Below, piece after piece: positions 27,936-38,055 of a stretch of DNA of 64,000 nt; position 1 is the stretch's first letter; every line of letters begins with the position of its first letter. The position numbers and the translations under genes are program-made. This DNA is from Candidatus Hydrogenedentota bacterium. Its GTDB lineage: Bacteria; Hydrogenedentota; Hydrogenedentia; Hydrogenedentales; JAEUWI01. The stretch is from positions 32,001-96,000 of the forward strand of contig JAXMOL010000010.1 in NCBI GenBank assembly GCA_034669905.1, given 5' to 3'. Below the pieces are notes generated by a model. It did not search any database. It was not told where the DNA came from and worked only from the letters and a program-made list of their open reading frames with translations.

Positions 27936-28919
27936 ATGTGGCACGTCTTATTCCCATGCCTTACGCTCTTACTCTTCACCTGCCTTTCCGCCACCGCACA
28001 GGATGTAGAAGGCAGCGAAGATCACCCGGTCATCAGCCGCTACCCCGGCTCGGTAATCCAGCAATACATCGTAGAAAACTACCGGCCCTACAAGGTGCCC
28101 ATCGGCCCTGTCACGGGCTATCGCACGATTGGCGATTGGATCGAAACGGAAGGGCGCCTGACCCGGATTTACTATGGCCTCGATGGAGGCGAGCGCAGCC
28201 ATTCTGAGGTTTACAAGAACTATACCGACGCTCTCAAGGCCGCCGAGTTTGAGATTCTGGCCGAGGGGCTCTTTCCCGAGAGCAGCCAGAAGCCCGACGT
28301 GGGTAGCCGCCAGTGGCAGGGTGTCTTCTTCGCCGCCAATCCCTGGTCCGTCAATGGCCCCATCGGAAACATGGTCTCCGGCACCTCCAGCTCGGGGGGT
28401 AGCGGCACCATCATCGCACGCAAAGAACGGGCGGCGGGTGTGGTCTATGTCTGCGTCTCCGTCGAGCATCACAGCGACCAACATGTGGGTGCCCTCGTCG
28501 ATATCGTGGAAGTCGAAGCCGCTGAAACCGGACTCATCGTGGTGGATGCCGAAGCCATCGGGAAGGGCATCACCGAAAAAGGCCGCGTCGTGTTGGACGG
28601 CATCCTCTTCGACTACGACAAGGCCACCCTTCAGGCCGAATCCAAGGCGGCCCTGGAGCAGATAACCCGCTACCTCAAAGACAATCCCGACAAGCCCTTC
28701 TATGTCGTGGGTCACACCGACGCCAAAGGCAGCCTCGAATACAACCAGAAACTCTCCAGCGACCGGGCCAAAGCCGTGGTCGCCGCCCTCGTGAAGGACT
28801 ACGGCATCGCCGCCGACCGCCTCGAAGGCCACGGCGTCGGCCCATTGGTCCCTGTCTTCACCAACGAATCCGACGCGGGCCGGGAAAAGAATCGTCGCGT
28901 GGAATTGGTGGAGCGGTAG
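27936..28919 (+). CDS. OmpA-family peptidoglycan-binding protein (DUF4892-like N-terminus)
   Basis: DVEGSEDHPVISRYPGS; FDYDKATL, VVGHTD, YNQKLSSDRA, GREKNRRVE. Confidence 0.88.
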   Translation: MWHVLFPCLTLLLFTCLSATAQDVEGSEDHPVISRYPGSVIQQYIVENYRPYKVPIGPVTGYRTIGDWIETEGRLTRIYYGLDGGERSHSEVYKNYTDALKAAEFEILAEGLFPESSQKPDVGSRQWQGVFFAANPWSVNGPIGNMVSGTSSSGGSGTIIARKERAAGVVYVCVSVEHHSDQHVGALVDIVEVEAAETGLIVVDAEAIGKGITEKGRVVLDGILFDYDKATLQAESKAALEQITRYLKDNPDKPFYVVGHTDAKGSLEYNQKLSSDRAKAVVAALVKDYGIAADRLEGHGVGPLVPVFTNESDAGREKNRRVELVER

Positions 28920-28968
28920 AACAAGCACTCTCTAAAAAAGCTTCGAGGGTACCACCTACAAAGTCTTC

Positions 28969-29016
28969 GGGTGCCACCCTCAAACGGAGGAGCGAAGCGG
29001 GGGAAGTTTGTGGGTG
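28969..29016. repeat. GGGTGCCACCC-family dispersed repeat
   Basis: 46/48 identical to 21242-21289. Confidence 0.85.
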
Positions 29017-29068
29017 AAGGGATATCGAACACGAGCGCAGCCCATCCAGCACGACAGGAATACCGCAT

Positions 29069-29661
29069 CGTGCCGCGCGATGCTGAGGAACGAAGCTTCG
29101 TGCGCGTGGATGTAGCGTGAATCGCTCCTAGTGGTCTGATTCAACGTAGTGGGAACTTATTTGGCCAGTTCCGTTTCAGCCAACCCGCAAGCCAATTCCC
29201 CTCCTGGGAGGGGTTAGGGGTGGGTTTGCGGCGTTTTTCGTGACTTGACCCACCCCCAGCCCCTCCGAGGAGGGGAGTACTATCGGATATGGGTCGAGAA
29301 TCTCCATTAGAATCAGCAAGCACCGGCAGAGCCGGGGGTATGAGGAAAGGTCCTGAAGGGGCTGATTAGTCCACGAAGTGGGCGACATATCGTAGCCCAG
29401 GGCGCCGCGTAGCAAGTCCTGGGTCATCGTCAGGTTAGATGAACCCGCCGGAAAGGTAGAGCCTCATGAATTCTCACCAGCAGCGCTGGTGGATTAACTT
29501 AGATTTAATGACCCATCTGCCTGCATCAGACCACTAATACGTAAACCCCAGACCCACGCACGAACCCTTTCCTGGAACCCTGATGCACGTCTTCACGTCA
29601 CCAATTTCACCCCGACCTCAGGCGTTCCCTGCTCACCCACAGAACGGGATCGCGCGGCACG
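29069..29661. mobile_element. MITE copy B interrupted by a 408-bp TA-flanked element (29129-29536) that itself holds a REP-like pair (29196-29278)
   Basis: Outer ends match copy A; inner inverted repeats TAGTGGTCTGAT / ATCAGACCACTA; innermost CCCCTCC..GGAGGGG palindromes. Confidence 0.78.
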
Positions 29662-29753
29662 CCTGAAAAAATGGAGTTATATCGTGAAAGGAGGAGCATG
29701 TCGATGAGGACCACACCGGGCAGCCCTCACCTGCCCTGTGCTATCATGCCGCC

Positions 29754-30557
29754 GTGAGCAGCAAGGAATTCAAGGCCATCCAATACACCCCCAACGGCAC
29801 CAGCCCCGTGTCGGATCGCCTCCCCGTGGAGGCCGTGCTTCAGCTCAAGGTGAATGGAGTCGCCTACACCACCACCGTGCGTACCCCCGGTGACGACGAG
29901 GCCCTGGCCCGCGGTCTCCTCTTCACCGAGGGAGTCCTCGTCGATCCCGCCGTACGCCCCGAATTTCGCCACGTGCCCGACCCCGATAGCGGCCACACGG
30001 GCTGTCTGGAAATCATCGTGCCCGAGTCCGCCCTTGCCAAAGACATCGGTGGGCGGCGTTCTTCCATGACCAACGCCTCCTGCGGTTTCTGCGGCATACG
30101 GGAACCCGAGGAACTGGCCCTCGTCGGCGCGCCCGTGGTAGCCCCGCCGGGAAAACGTCTTGAAGCCAAGCGCATTCCCGAGTTGATGGCCGCCCTCGCC
30201 GCGCGCCAGCCCCTCTTCACAGAGACCGGTGGCGTGCACGGTGCCCTGGCCTTCACCGTTGACGGCACGCCCCTCGCCGCCCACGAAGACATCGGCCGCC
30301 ACAACGCAGTGGACAAAGTCATCGGCGACCTCCTGCTTCAGGGGCAACTCGCTGAAGCCGTGGGCGTCGTGGTCAGTGGACGGCTCTCCTACGAGATCGT
30401 CTTCAAGGCCTACCAGGCAAAATGGCCCTACCTCCTCGCCGTGTCCGCCCCGTCGTCGCTGGCCATAGAAATGGGCGAACGCTTCGGCATGTCCATCGTG
30501 GGCTTCTGCCGTGAGGGTCGGGCCACGGTCTATAGTCGCCCCGGGTTGGTGACCTGA
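29754..30557 (+). CDS. fdhD: Formate dehydrogenase accessory sulfurtransferase
   Basis: RTPGDD...GLLFTEG, SCGFCG, TGGVHG, EDIGRHNAVDK, SGRLSYE, VSAPSSLA; extended -10 TGcTATCAT 6 nt upstream suggests a leaderless mRNA. Confidence 0.93.
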   Translation: MSSKEFKAIQYTPNGTSPVSDRLPVEAVLQLKVNGVAYTTTVRTPGDDEALARGLLFTEGVLVDPAVRPEFRHVPDPDSGHTGCLEIIVPESALAKDIGGRRSSMTNASCGFCGIREPEELALVGAPVVAPPGKRLEAKRIPELMAALAARQPLFTETGGVHGALAFTVDGTPLAAHEDIGRHNAVDKVIGDLLLQGQLAEAVGVVVSGRLSYEIVFKAYQAKWPYLLAVSAPSSLAIEMGERFGMSIVGFCREGRATVYSRPGLVT

Positions 30558-30626
30558 TCCGACGCTCCGAAATCCCGCAACGCCTATGCTAAACTGACGG
30601 GCAAACGCTAACCGTCGGGATTTACC

Positions 30627-32876
30627 ATGAGCGACTCACCGAAGCAAAACAAAAAGTGGACGCCTTCCAATTGGGCCAGTCCCGTACCCTTCGGTTTGGG
30701 CGAGCAGGGGCCCAACAATTTCTACGAAGTTTTCCGCGCGGGCTGGGAAAACAAGGACGAGTTGGCCTATGCCTGGCGCATTCTCAGTGATGGGGTCTGT
30801 GATGGCTGTGCCTTGGGCACGAGCGGCCTGAAAGACTGGACCCTCGACGGCCCCCACCTCTGCAATATCCGCCTTCGTCTCCTGCGCCTCAACACCATGC
30901 CCGCCCTCGACGCGTCGCGGCTGGAGGATGTCGCCCCCCTCGCGGCCATGAAGAGCGCCGAACTCCGTGACCTGGGCCGTCTCCCCTACCCCATGCTCCG
31001 GGCCAAGGGCGAGAAGGGCTTCCGGCGCATCACCTGGGACGCCGCCCTGGACCTTGTGGCCGACCGCATCAAACAGAGCACTCCCGAGCGGTTTGCGGCC
31101 TACCTCACCAGCCGGGGCATTCCTAACGAGACCTATTACACGGCGCAGAAATCCGTGCGGGCCATGGGCTCCAACAACATCGATAATGCGGCGCGTATCT
31201 GCCACAGCCCCAGCACCACGGCCCTCAAGACCACCATCGGCGCCGGGGCCACCACGTGCTCCTACAGCGACTGGCTCAAGAGCGATCTCATCGTCTTCTT
31301 CGGCTCCAACATGGCCAACAATCAGCCCGTGGCCACCAAATACATCCACTACGCGAAGAAGAATGGCGCGAAGGTGGTGGCGGTCAACAACTACGAAGAG
31401 CCGGGCATGGCCCGCTACTGGATTCCCTCGGTGCCGGAGAGCGCCCTCTTTGGCACCAAAATCGCCGACCGCTTTTTCACCGTCAACATAGGCTCCGACG
31501 TGGCCTTTATTAACGGCACCTTGAAACACCTGATTGAGAACGACTGGGTTGACCACGATTTCATTGCCGAGCATGGCGCGGACTTCGAATGCCTCCAGGC
31601 CAGCCTCGCGGAGCAATCGTGGGAAATGCTGGAGGCCTACTGCGGCGTTTCCAAAGAGGCCATGCGGGGCTTTGCCCTCATGATTCGCGATGCCCGGCGG
31701 GCGGTCTTCGTCTGGAGCATGGGCATCACCCAACACGTCCAGGGCGTGGACAACGTGCGCGCCATCGTGAACCTGGCCCTCACCAAAGGATTCGTGGGCC
31801 GCGAAGGCTGCGGCCTCATGCCCATCCGGGGCCACTCAGGCGTCCAGGGCGGCGCCGAAATGGGGGCCTACGCCACAGCCTTCCCCGGTGGACTCCCGGT
31901 CAACGCCGAGAATGCCGCAGCCCTCTCGAAACAGTGGGGATTCCCCGTGTCCCATGGACCAGGACTATCCGCCACCGAGATGATTTCCGCCGCCGACCAA
32001 GGCAATCTCGATGTCCTCTTCTCGGTGGGCGGTAATTTCATGGAAGTGCTCCCCGACCCCAAGCACGTGAAACAGGCCCTGGAGAAGGTTCCCCTCCGGG
32101 TCCACATGGATATTGTCCTCACGCCCCAGATGTTTCTCGATGCGGCCGAGCACACCCTGCTGCTGCCTGCGGCCACCCGCTATGAAACCCCCGGCGGCGT
32201 TACCGAGACCAGCACCGAGCGACGCATCATATTCAGTCCTGAGATTCCCGGCCGTCGCATTGGTAAAGCCCGTCCCGAGTGGGAAGTTTTTCTCGACCTC
32301 GCCCGGCGTGTAACGCCCGAGCGCGCCGACGCCCTCCACTTCCCGGATACCGCGGCGATACGGCAGGAAATCGCCCAGGCGGTCCCCTTTTACGCGGGCA
32401 TAGAAAAGCTCCACAAGAAAGGCGATCAGTTTCAATACGGGGGTGCGCACCTCTGCGCCGATTGGAACTTCAATACCCCCGACGGCAAAGCCCACTTTTT
32501 CGCCATCGAGCCGGAAGCCACCGAAGTGCCCGAGGGCAAGTTCGCCCTCACCACCCGACGAGGCAAGCAATTCAACAGTATGGTCCACGCCGCCACCGAC
32601 CAGATCACCGGCGCCACCCGGGAGGCGATTCTCATGAATCCCGCCGATGCTGCCGCCCTGGGGGTGTCGGAAGGCAGTCGCCTCCTGTTGCGCAACGATT
32701 TCGGAAGCTTCGAAGGGCGGGTCTATTTCGCCCCCGTACAGCCCCGCAACCTCCAGATACACTGGCCCGAAGGCAACGTCCTCCTCGACCGAAATCGCAC
32801 GGCTCGTGATGCCGGTGTACCCGACTACAATGCCTATGTGGAAGCGACTCCCATGGACAACAGGACCACGCCGTGA
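30627..32876 (+). CDS. FdhF/YdeP-family molybdopterin oxidoreductase
   Basis: CDGC, RLPYPM, NNIDNAARICHSPS (Cys-His active-site motif), PIRGHSGVQG, TTRRGKQFNSM. Confidence 0.9.
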   Translation: MSDSPKQNKKWTPSNWASPVPFGLGEQGPNNFYEVFRAGWENKDELAYAWRILSDGVCDGCALGTSGLKDWTLDGPHLCNIRLRLLRLNTMPALDASRLEDVAPLAAMKSAELRDLGRLPYPMLRAKGEKGFRRITWDAALDLVADRIKQSTPERFAAYLTSRGIPNETYYTAQKSVRAMGSNNIDNAARICHSPSTTALKTTIGAGATTCSYSDWLKSDLIVFFGSNMANNQPVATKYIHYAKKNGAKVVAVNNYEEPGMARYWIPSVPESALFGTKIADRFFTVNIGSDVAFINGTLKHLIENDWVDHDFIAEHGADFECLQASLAEQSWEMLEAYCGVSKEAMRGFALMIRDARRAVFVWSMGITQHVQGVDNVRAIVNLALTKGFVGREGCGLMPIRGHSGVQGGAEMGAYATAFPGGLPVNAENAAALSKQWGFPVSHGPGLSATEMISAADQGNLDVLFSVGGNFMEVLPDPKHVKQALEKVPLRVHMDIVLTPQMFLDAAEHTLLLPAATRYETPGGVTETSTERRIIFSPEIPGRRIGKARPEWEVFLDLARRVTPERADALHFPDTAAIRQEIAQAVPFYAGIEKLHKKGDQFQYGGAHLCADWNFNTPDGKAHFFAIEPEATEVPEGKFALTTRRGKQFNSMVHAATDQITGATREAILMNPADAAALGVSEGSRLLLRNDFGSFEGRVYFAPVQPRNLQIHWPEGNVLLDRNRTARDAGVPDYNAYVEATPMDNRTTP

Positions 32877-33256
32877 AACTCCGCATCGAAAACAATTCCG
32901 TCCGTTTCCGCATCACACCCGAAGAGCTTGCCCTGCTTAACGAGCGATGCCGTGTGGAGACCAGCACCCGGCTCTATAGTGAAGACAGCCGTAGTATTGA
33001 GGGGGAGTTTATATACTCCCTCACCGTTGACAAAGAAGGGGGCCCCACCCGATGTCGCATCGAGCCGAGCTTCATCATGCTCATCCTCCACCCCAATGAA
33101 CTCAACACCCTGAACAGCCCGGGAAACGGGGGCGTTCACTACCGCCGGGAAAGCGTGTCGCCCTCCGGTGAAACCCGCCGTTTTATGGCCTATGTTGAGA
33201 TTGATAAGCCCGTGAAGAAGCGCGCGAGACCGGAAGCCTGGCTCGGAGAAGCGTAG
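32873..33256 (+). CDS. Small hypothetical protein coupled to the molybdoenzyme (DUF7009-like)
   Basis: GTGA overlap with the upstream stop; MKLRIENNSVRFRIT..E N-terminus and VEID near the C-terminus. Confidence 0.7.
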   Translation: MKLRIENNSVRFRITPEELALLNERCRVETSTRLYSEDSRSIEGEFIYSLTVDKEGGPTRCRIEPSFIMLILHPNELNTLNSPGNGGVHYRRESVSPSGETRRFMAYVEIDKPVKKRARPEAWLGEA

Positions 33257-33397
33257 CACCAGGGAGTCAGACATTTCTGTCTGACATAAGAAACGCGTCA
33301 AAACATCTGGGCACCGGCACCACGTGCGATGAAGTTTTCCCCAATAGAATGGTATCCTGTACCACATTAAACGACAGCACCGCCGAAAGGATTTCTC

Positions 33398-34141
33398 ATG
33401 CGCTCCCCTGCCACCCGAACAGCAATAGCTTCCACATTTTTGGTCGCCTTGGTCCTCACCGCCCTCCAAGGGCACGCTGCCGAAACATCCGAAGCCGAAG
33501 CGCAATGGTGGAAACAGGTCAACAAGAATTTGCAGGACAACCCCGCCTACGCGTTTGTTAAGGATGACCCCGCCCTGCCCCGCGTGCTCATTATCGGCGA
33601 CTCCATCTCCATCGGATACACGGCACCCGTTCGCGAGCTACTCCAGGGCAAGGCCAACGTCCACCGCATTCCCACCAACGGCGGCAACACGGAGCGGGGA
33701 CTGGAAAACATCGACGCCTGGCTAGGCGACGACAAATGGGACGTCATCCACTTCAATTGGGGCCTCCACGACATGAAACGGGTAAAAGACGGCAAGCTGG
33801 ACGACTCCGCCCCGGTCGCCATCACCCCCGTGCCCTATGACGCCAACCTCCGTAAGCTGGTTGCCCGCCTCAAAGAGACCGGTGCCAAGCTCATCTGGGC
33901 CACCACCACGCCGGTCCCCGAAGGGGCCGCCGGCCGCACGCCCGGCGAGGAAGTCACCTACAACAGGACCGCCGAAGGCGTCATGAAAGATCTGGGCGTC
34001 CCTGTGAACGACCTCCATGCCTACGTGAGTCCAGAACTCTCGAAACATCAGCGGAAGGCCAACGTACACTTTCACGATGAAGGGTCCGCCCTACTTGGAA
34101 AACAGGTTGCCGCCGTGATTCTGGAGGCCCTGCCCGAATAA
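33398..34141 (+). CDS. Secreted SGNH/GDSL hydrolase
   Basis: Signal peptide; IGDSIS, FNWGLHD, NVHF. Confidence 0.85.
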   Translation: MRSPATRTAIASTFLVALVLTALQGHAAETSEAEAQWWKQVNKNLQDNPAYAFVKDDPALPRVLIIGDSISIGYTAPVRELLQGKANVHRIPTNGGNTERGLENIDAWLGDDKWDVIHFNWGLHDMKRVKDGKLDDSAPVAITPVPYDANLRKLVARLKETGAKLIWATTTPVPEGAAGRTPGEEVTYNRTAEGVMKDLGVPVNDLHAYVSPELSKHQRKANVHFHDEGSALLGKQVAAVILEALPE

Positions 34142-34893
34142 TGGAAGCGTTTACCACAGGTGCGCGATTCTACGAGGCCTTTTCCAACCGATCTGGACGG
34201 CTGGAGCGAGAGGGCCCTTTACTCCTGCGACTCTTCACGGCCTCGAGAAACAGGCACGTCCTCGATCTGGCCTGCGGCACGGGCATCCATGCCCACTACC
34301 TGGCGGAACACGGCGCAACGGTTTGTGCCTGCGACGGCAGCCCGGAAATGATCGCCATCGCGGGCGAGAGTCGGCCACACGCCAATATCGACTATCAGGT
34401 TCGGGATATGCGCGACGCCTTGGGCGGTCCTTACGGGCTCATCCTCTGCATAGGAAATTCCCTTTCCCTGTTAAATAGCGAGCTGGATCTCAAAGTCGCC
34501 CTCGCCCGCGTCCACGATGCGCTTGCTCCGGACGGACACTTTCTATTGCAGATTTTGAACTACGCCTCGCCAGCACACCAACAGGCCCGGTGCCGCGTGG
34601 AGGAGCAACACGTGGGGCAAGCCCGCGTGGTGGCGGTGAAATGTCTGGCACCGAGAGAGCGCCAGACCTACCTGACCCTGAACTACTTTATTCATGACGG
34701 GGAAGCAACCGAAACCCTATCGGAATCCACGATTCTTCAGAATCGTTCCCGAGACACAATGACCGAAGCGCTGGAAACGGCCGGCTTCAATGGCCTCGAA
34801 ATCTTCGGTGCCTTCGACGAGCAGCCCTACGAGGAGTCGCATTCCGGTGACCTGCTTGTCGTGGCCAGGAAAAAGTCCGCCACGGACACGTAG
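34141..34893 (+). CDS. Class I SAM-dependent methyltransferase
   Basis: VLDLACGTG motif I; CIGNSL. Confidence 0.87.
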   Translation: MEAFTTGARFYEAFSNRSGRLEREGPLLLRLFTASRNRHVLDLACGTGIHAHYLAEHGATVCACDGSPEMIAIAGESRPHANIDYQVRDMRDALGGPYGLILCIGNSLSLLNSELDLKVALARVHDALAPDGHFLLQILNYASPAHQQARCRVEEQHVGQARVVAVKCLAPRERQTYLTLNYFIHDGEATETLSESTILQNRSRDTMTEALETAGFNGLEIFGAFDEQPYEESHSGDLLVVARKKSATDT

Positions 34894-34982
34894 ACGACGT
34901 ATGTCTCAGTCCGGTTACGCGGTACCACGCAATCACGCTTCGGACAACCGAGCGTGGCAAACAGCAGGAAGACCGAAAAACG

Positions 34983-36776
34983 ATGCCGCACAAGATTCTC
35001 ACTCCCCATCGGAAGCCACACGCCGCCCGGCCCTGGCAGCAAGTTACCCAGCCCACACGCGCACTTCTGCTGGTGATGGTCGCCACCGTAATCCACGCGG
35101 GCGCCGCCGAAGTGGACGTCTTTGAGGAGGCCGAACCGATCACCAGGGGTATCGTCCTCGATGCCCGCGTGACCGCCCTGCCCGAACTTCCCCTCGGCCC
35201 TTGTATCCACCTCGACGATGGGAAGATCATGGGCATCGACGGAAACAACGCCATCATCAGCAACGACGGCGGAAAAACATGGACCCCGTCACCCATCTTT
35301 GCGGACGATCAAAACATGGTTATCCGCGCGGAGCGTGCCCTCTTTCGTACCCGCAGTGGCACCATTATCCTGCTCTTTATTAACGACGCGGTGAAGCACT
35401 ATTCCTGGGACAAGGAAAAGAACCTGCCCAATGCCGATATGCTGCTGCCTTCCTACGCCATCCGCAGTCTGGACAATGGCAAGACCTGGGTAGACCTCAC
35501 CGAGTTACACGGCGGCTGGTGCGGTTGCCTTCAGGACATCATCCAGACGAAGAACGGCAATCTCGTCGTGCCCGGCCAAGAACTCCTTTACGACAAGGGC
35601 CGCCACGCCACCATGCCCTATGTCTCCACCGATGACGGTAAGACCTGGCTGCGCACCCAATACCTCGACCTCCCCGGCCAGGGCGATCATGCTGGCGCGA
35701 TTGAAGGAACGGTGGAGCAATTGAAGGATGGTCGTCTCTGGATGCTCATCAGGAGTTACCACGGCTTCTTCTATGAGTCTTACTCCAGCGACAATGGCCT
35801 GACCTGGAGCGACATCAAGCCCTCGGCCATCACGTCCACCGGCTCTCCCGGCAAGCTCCAACGCCTCACCAGCGGTCGCCTCGCCCTCCTGTGGAATGCC
35901 ATCCCCAACGAGGGCTATGTCCGTCGTGAAGAGCTCTCCATCAGTCTCTCTGAAGATGAGGGCAAGACCTGGTCCCCCGCCCGTGTTATTGCCCGCAACA
36001 AGGGCGGACGTGTCTCCTACATTCACGCCTTCGAAGCCAGCCCCGGCGAACTCTGGATCACCACCATGCAGGGCGACCTCCGCGCGAAGCTCTATGAAAA
36101 GGACTTCCTCGGCCCCTGGACACCCATCGTGGCCTTCGGTGATTCCACCACCGCCACACGGAAAGGCGTTAACATCTACGCCAATGTATTGGAGCGCGAA
36201 CTGCCCGACCACGGTGTCGACGCCAAAGTCTTCAATGCCGGTGTCCCGGGAAACAACACCGGGGAGGCACGCAAGCGCTTCCAGAAGGAAGTGCTCGACC
36301 GTAACCCCGAAATCGTCATCATCCAATTTGGCATCAACGATTCCGCCATCGATGTGTGGGCCAATCCCCCCGCGACCAAACCCCGCCTCGCGAAAGCACG
36401 CTATCGGGAAAATCTCGAATACTTCATAGCCGAACTCAAGGCGCGGAACATCACGCCCATCCTCATGACGCCCAACCCCATGCGCTGGGCGGAGCGCACC
36501 CTGGAACTCTACGGCAAGCCGCCCTACCGACCCGACGACGTCGATGGCTTCAATGTCGTGCTCAGAACCTACGTCGAGACGGCCCGCGAAATTGTCCAAG
36601 AGACTGGAGTGAAGTTTGTCGATGTCTACGCGGCCTTCCAAGCCTACGATGCGAAAGACGGTCAATCCATGGATGACTTGATGCTCGATGGCATGCACCC
36701 CAACAGTGCAGGGCACCGGCTGGTGGCGGAGGCGTTGATGGGGGTGATTGGTGCCGGAAACGGAAGCGCTGAGTAA
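34983..36776 (+). CDS. Sialidase-like (BNR/Asp-box) propeller fused to SGNH esterase
   Basis: Five Asp-boxes (SNDGGKTW, SLDNGKTW, STDDGKTW, SSDNGLTW, SEDEGKTW); C-terminal FGDST, GIND, DGMHP. Exact start uncertain. Confidence 0.85.
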   Translation: MPHKILTPHRKPHAARPWQQVTQPTRALLLVMVATVIHAGAAEVDVFEEAEPITRGIVLDARVTALPELPLGPCIHLDDGKIMGIDGNNAIISNDGGKTWTPSPIFADDQNMVIRAERALFRTRSGTIILLFINDAVKHYSWDKEKNLPNADMLLPSYAIRSLDNGKTWVDLTELHGGWCGCLQDIIQTKNGNLVVPGQELLYDKGRHATMPYVSTDDGKTWLRTQYLDLPGQGDHAGAIEGTVEQLKDGRLWMLIRSYHGFFYESYSSDNGLTWSDIKPSAITSTGSPGKLQRLTSGRLALLWNAIPNEGYVRREELSISLSEDEGKTWSPARVIARNKGGRVSYIHAFEASPGELWITTMQGDLRAKLYEKDFLGPWTPIVAFGDSTTATRKGVNIYANVLERELPDHGVDAKVFNAGVPGNNTGEARKRFQKEVLDRNPEIVIIQFGINDSAIDVWANPPATKPRLAKARYRENLEYFIAELKARNITPILMTPNPMRWAERTLELYGKPPYRPDDVDGFNVVLRTYVETAREIVQETGVKFVDVYAAFQAYDAKDGQSMDDLMLDGMHPNSAGHRLVAEALMGVIGAGNGSAE

Positions 36777-36780
36777 AAGC

Positions 36781-36933
36781 CAGGGACGACAGGGACTTCA
36801 GGGACAGCAGGGACGATTTAATAGCATCGGGCCTGCCCCGCGACCTCCCCTACACGAAAGGTGGTCGTTGGTCCCTGCTGACCCTGCTGACCCTGCTGTC
36901 CCTGCAGTCCCTGCTGTCTCTGTCGTCCCTGAA
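36781..36933. repeat. Inverted pair of 9-bp tandem arrays (CAGGGACNN x4 / GTCCCTGNN-like x7)
   Basis: 36781-36816 and 36871-36933. Confidence 0.85.
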
Positions 36934-37010
36934 TCCCTTCGAAATCACCTACCAACTCGGCGTATAATCAAGGGAGTAGCGATGATCCTCCCTCCAACCT
37001 CAGGTGACCC

Positions 37011-38054
37011 ATGAAATCGGACCCCAAAGTCACGCCCGCCCAGCCCCGTGCCCTTTGCGACACATTGGGGCGGCCGTTGCATGACCTCCGGATTTCCGTC
37101 ACAGACCGCTGTAATCTCCGCTGCACCTACTGCATGCCCGAGGAGCACTTTGGCGAGGCCTACGAATTTCTGCAACGGCGCGACCTGCTGTCCTTTGAAG
37201 AGATCACCACCGTGGCCCGCGCGGTCGCTGCGCTGGGGGCCGTCAAGCTCCGCCTGACCGGAGGCGAGCCCCTGCTCCGCAAAGACCTGCCCGTCCTCGT
37301 CGCCATGCTGCGGGAAATCCCCGGAATTGAAGACATTGCCCTCACCACCAACGGACTCCTCCTCCCCCAGTTCGCCCAGGCAATACATGATGCGGGCGTC
37401 CAGCGGATTACGGTAAGTCTCGACAGTATCGACGATGCGACGCTGGCCCGGCTCAGCGGACGGCCCATTGCGGCATCCGATGTGTTGGCCGGTATCGACG
37501 CCGCCCGCGAAGCCGGCTTTGAAAAAATAAAAGTAAACGCCGTCATCCAAAAGGGTGTAAACGACCAGGAAATCCTCCCCCTGGCCTCCCACTTTCGTGG
37601 CACGGGCGTTGTCCTCCGCTTCATCGAATTCATGGATGTGGGCACCCTCAACGGATGGAATCGTACGTCGGTCGTAACGGGTGCGGAAATGGTGGCCCAC
37701 ATCGCCGCACATCATCCTCTCGAAGCGGTCGCACCCAATTACACCGGCGAAGTCGCCGCGCGCTATCGCTACACCGATGGGCAAGGCGAGGTGGGTTTTA
37801 TCACGTCGGTATCCCAGCCCTTCTGTGGAGATTGCTCCCGATTGCGCCTCGCGCCCAACGGCGAACTCTATACTTGTCTCTTCGGAAATCAGGGCCATGC
37901 CCTCAAGCCCCTCTTCAACGACGGAGCTACCGAAGCCGACCTGCGCAACTATATCCAGTCGGTCTGGCGTACCCGCGCAGACCGCTATTCCGAAATCAGA
38001 ACCGATGCCACCGCCTCGTCCGACAAGGTCGAGATGTACCATATTGGAGGCTGA
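37011..38054 (+). CDS. moaA: GTP 3',8-cyclase
   Basis: LRISVTDRCNLRCTYC, FCGDCSRLR, C-terminal IGG. Confidence 0.95.
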   Translation: MKSDPKVTPAQPRALCDTLGRPLHDLRISVTDRCNLRCTYCMPEEHFGEAYEFLQRRDLLSFEEITTVARAVAALGAVKLRLTGGEPLLRKDLPVLVAMLREIPGIEDIALTTNGLLLPQFAQAIHDAGVQRITVSLDSIDDATLARLSGRPIAASDVLAGIDAAREAGFEKIKVNAVIQKGVNDQEILPLASHFRGTGVVLRFIEFMDVGTLNGWNRTSVVTGAEMVAHIAAHHPLEAVAPNYTGEVAARYRYTDGQGEVGFITSVSQPFCGDCSRLRLAPNGELYTCLFGNQGHALKPLFNDGATEADLRNYIQSVWRTRADRYSEIRTDATASSDKVEMYHIGG

Positions 38055-38055
38055 T

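Noticed and set aside
29141..29427. Short ORFs in the nested repeat region
   Set aside because: They are translations of repeat DNA; no transposase motifs are visible.
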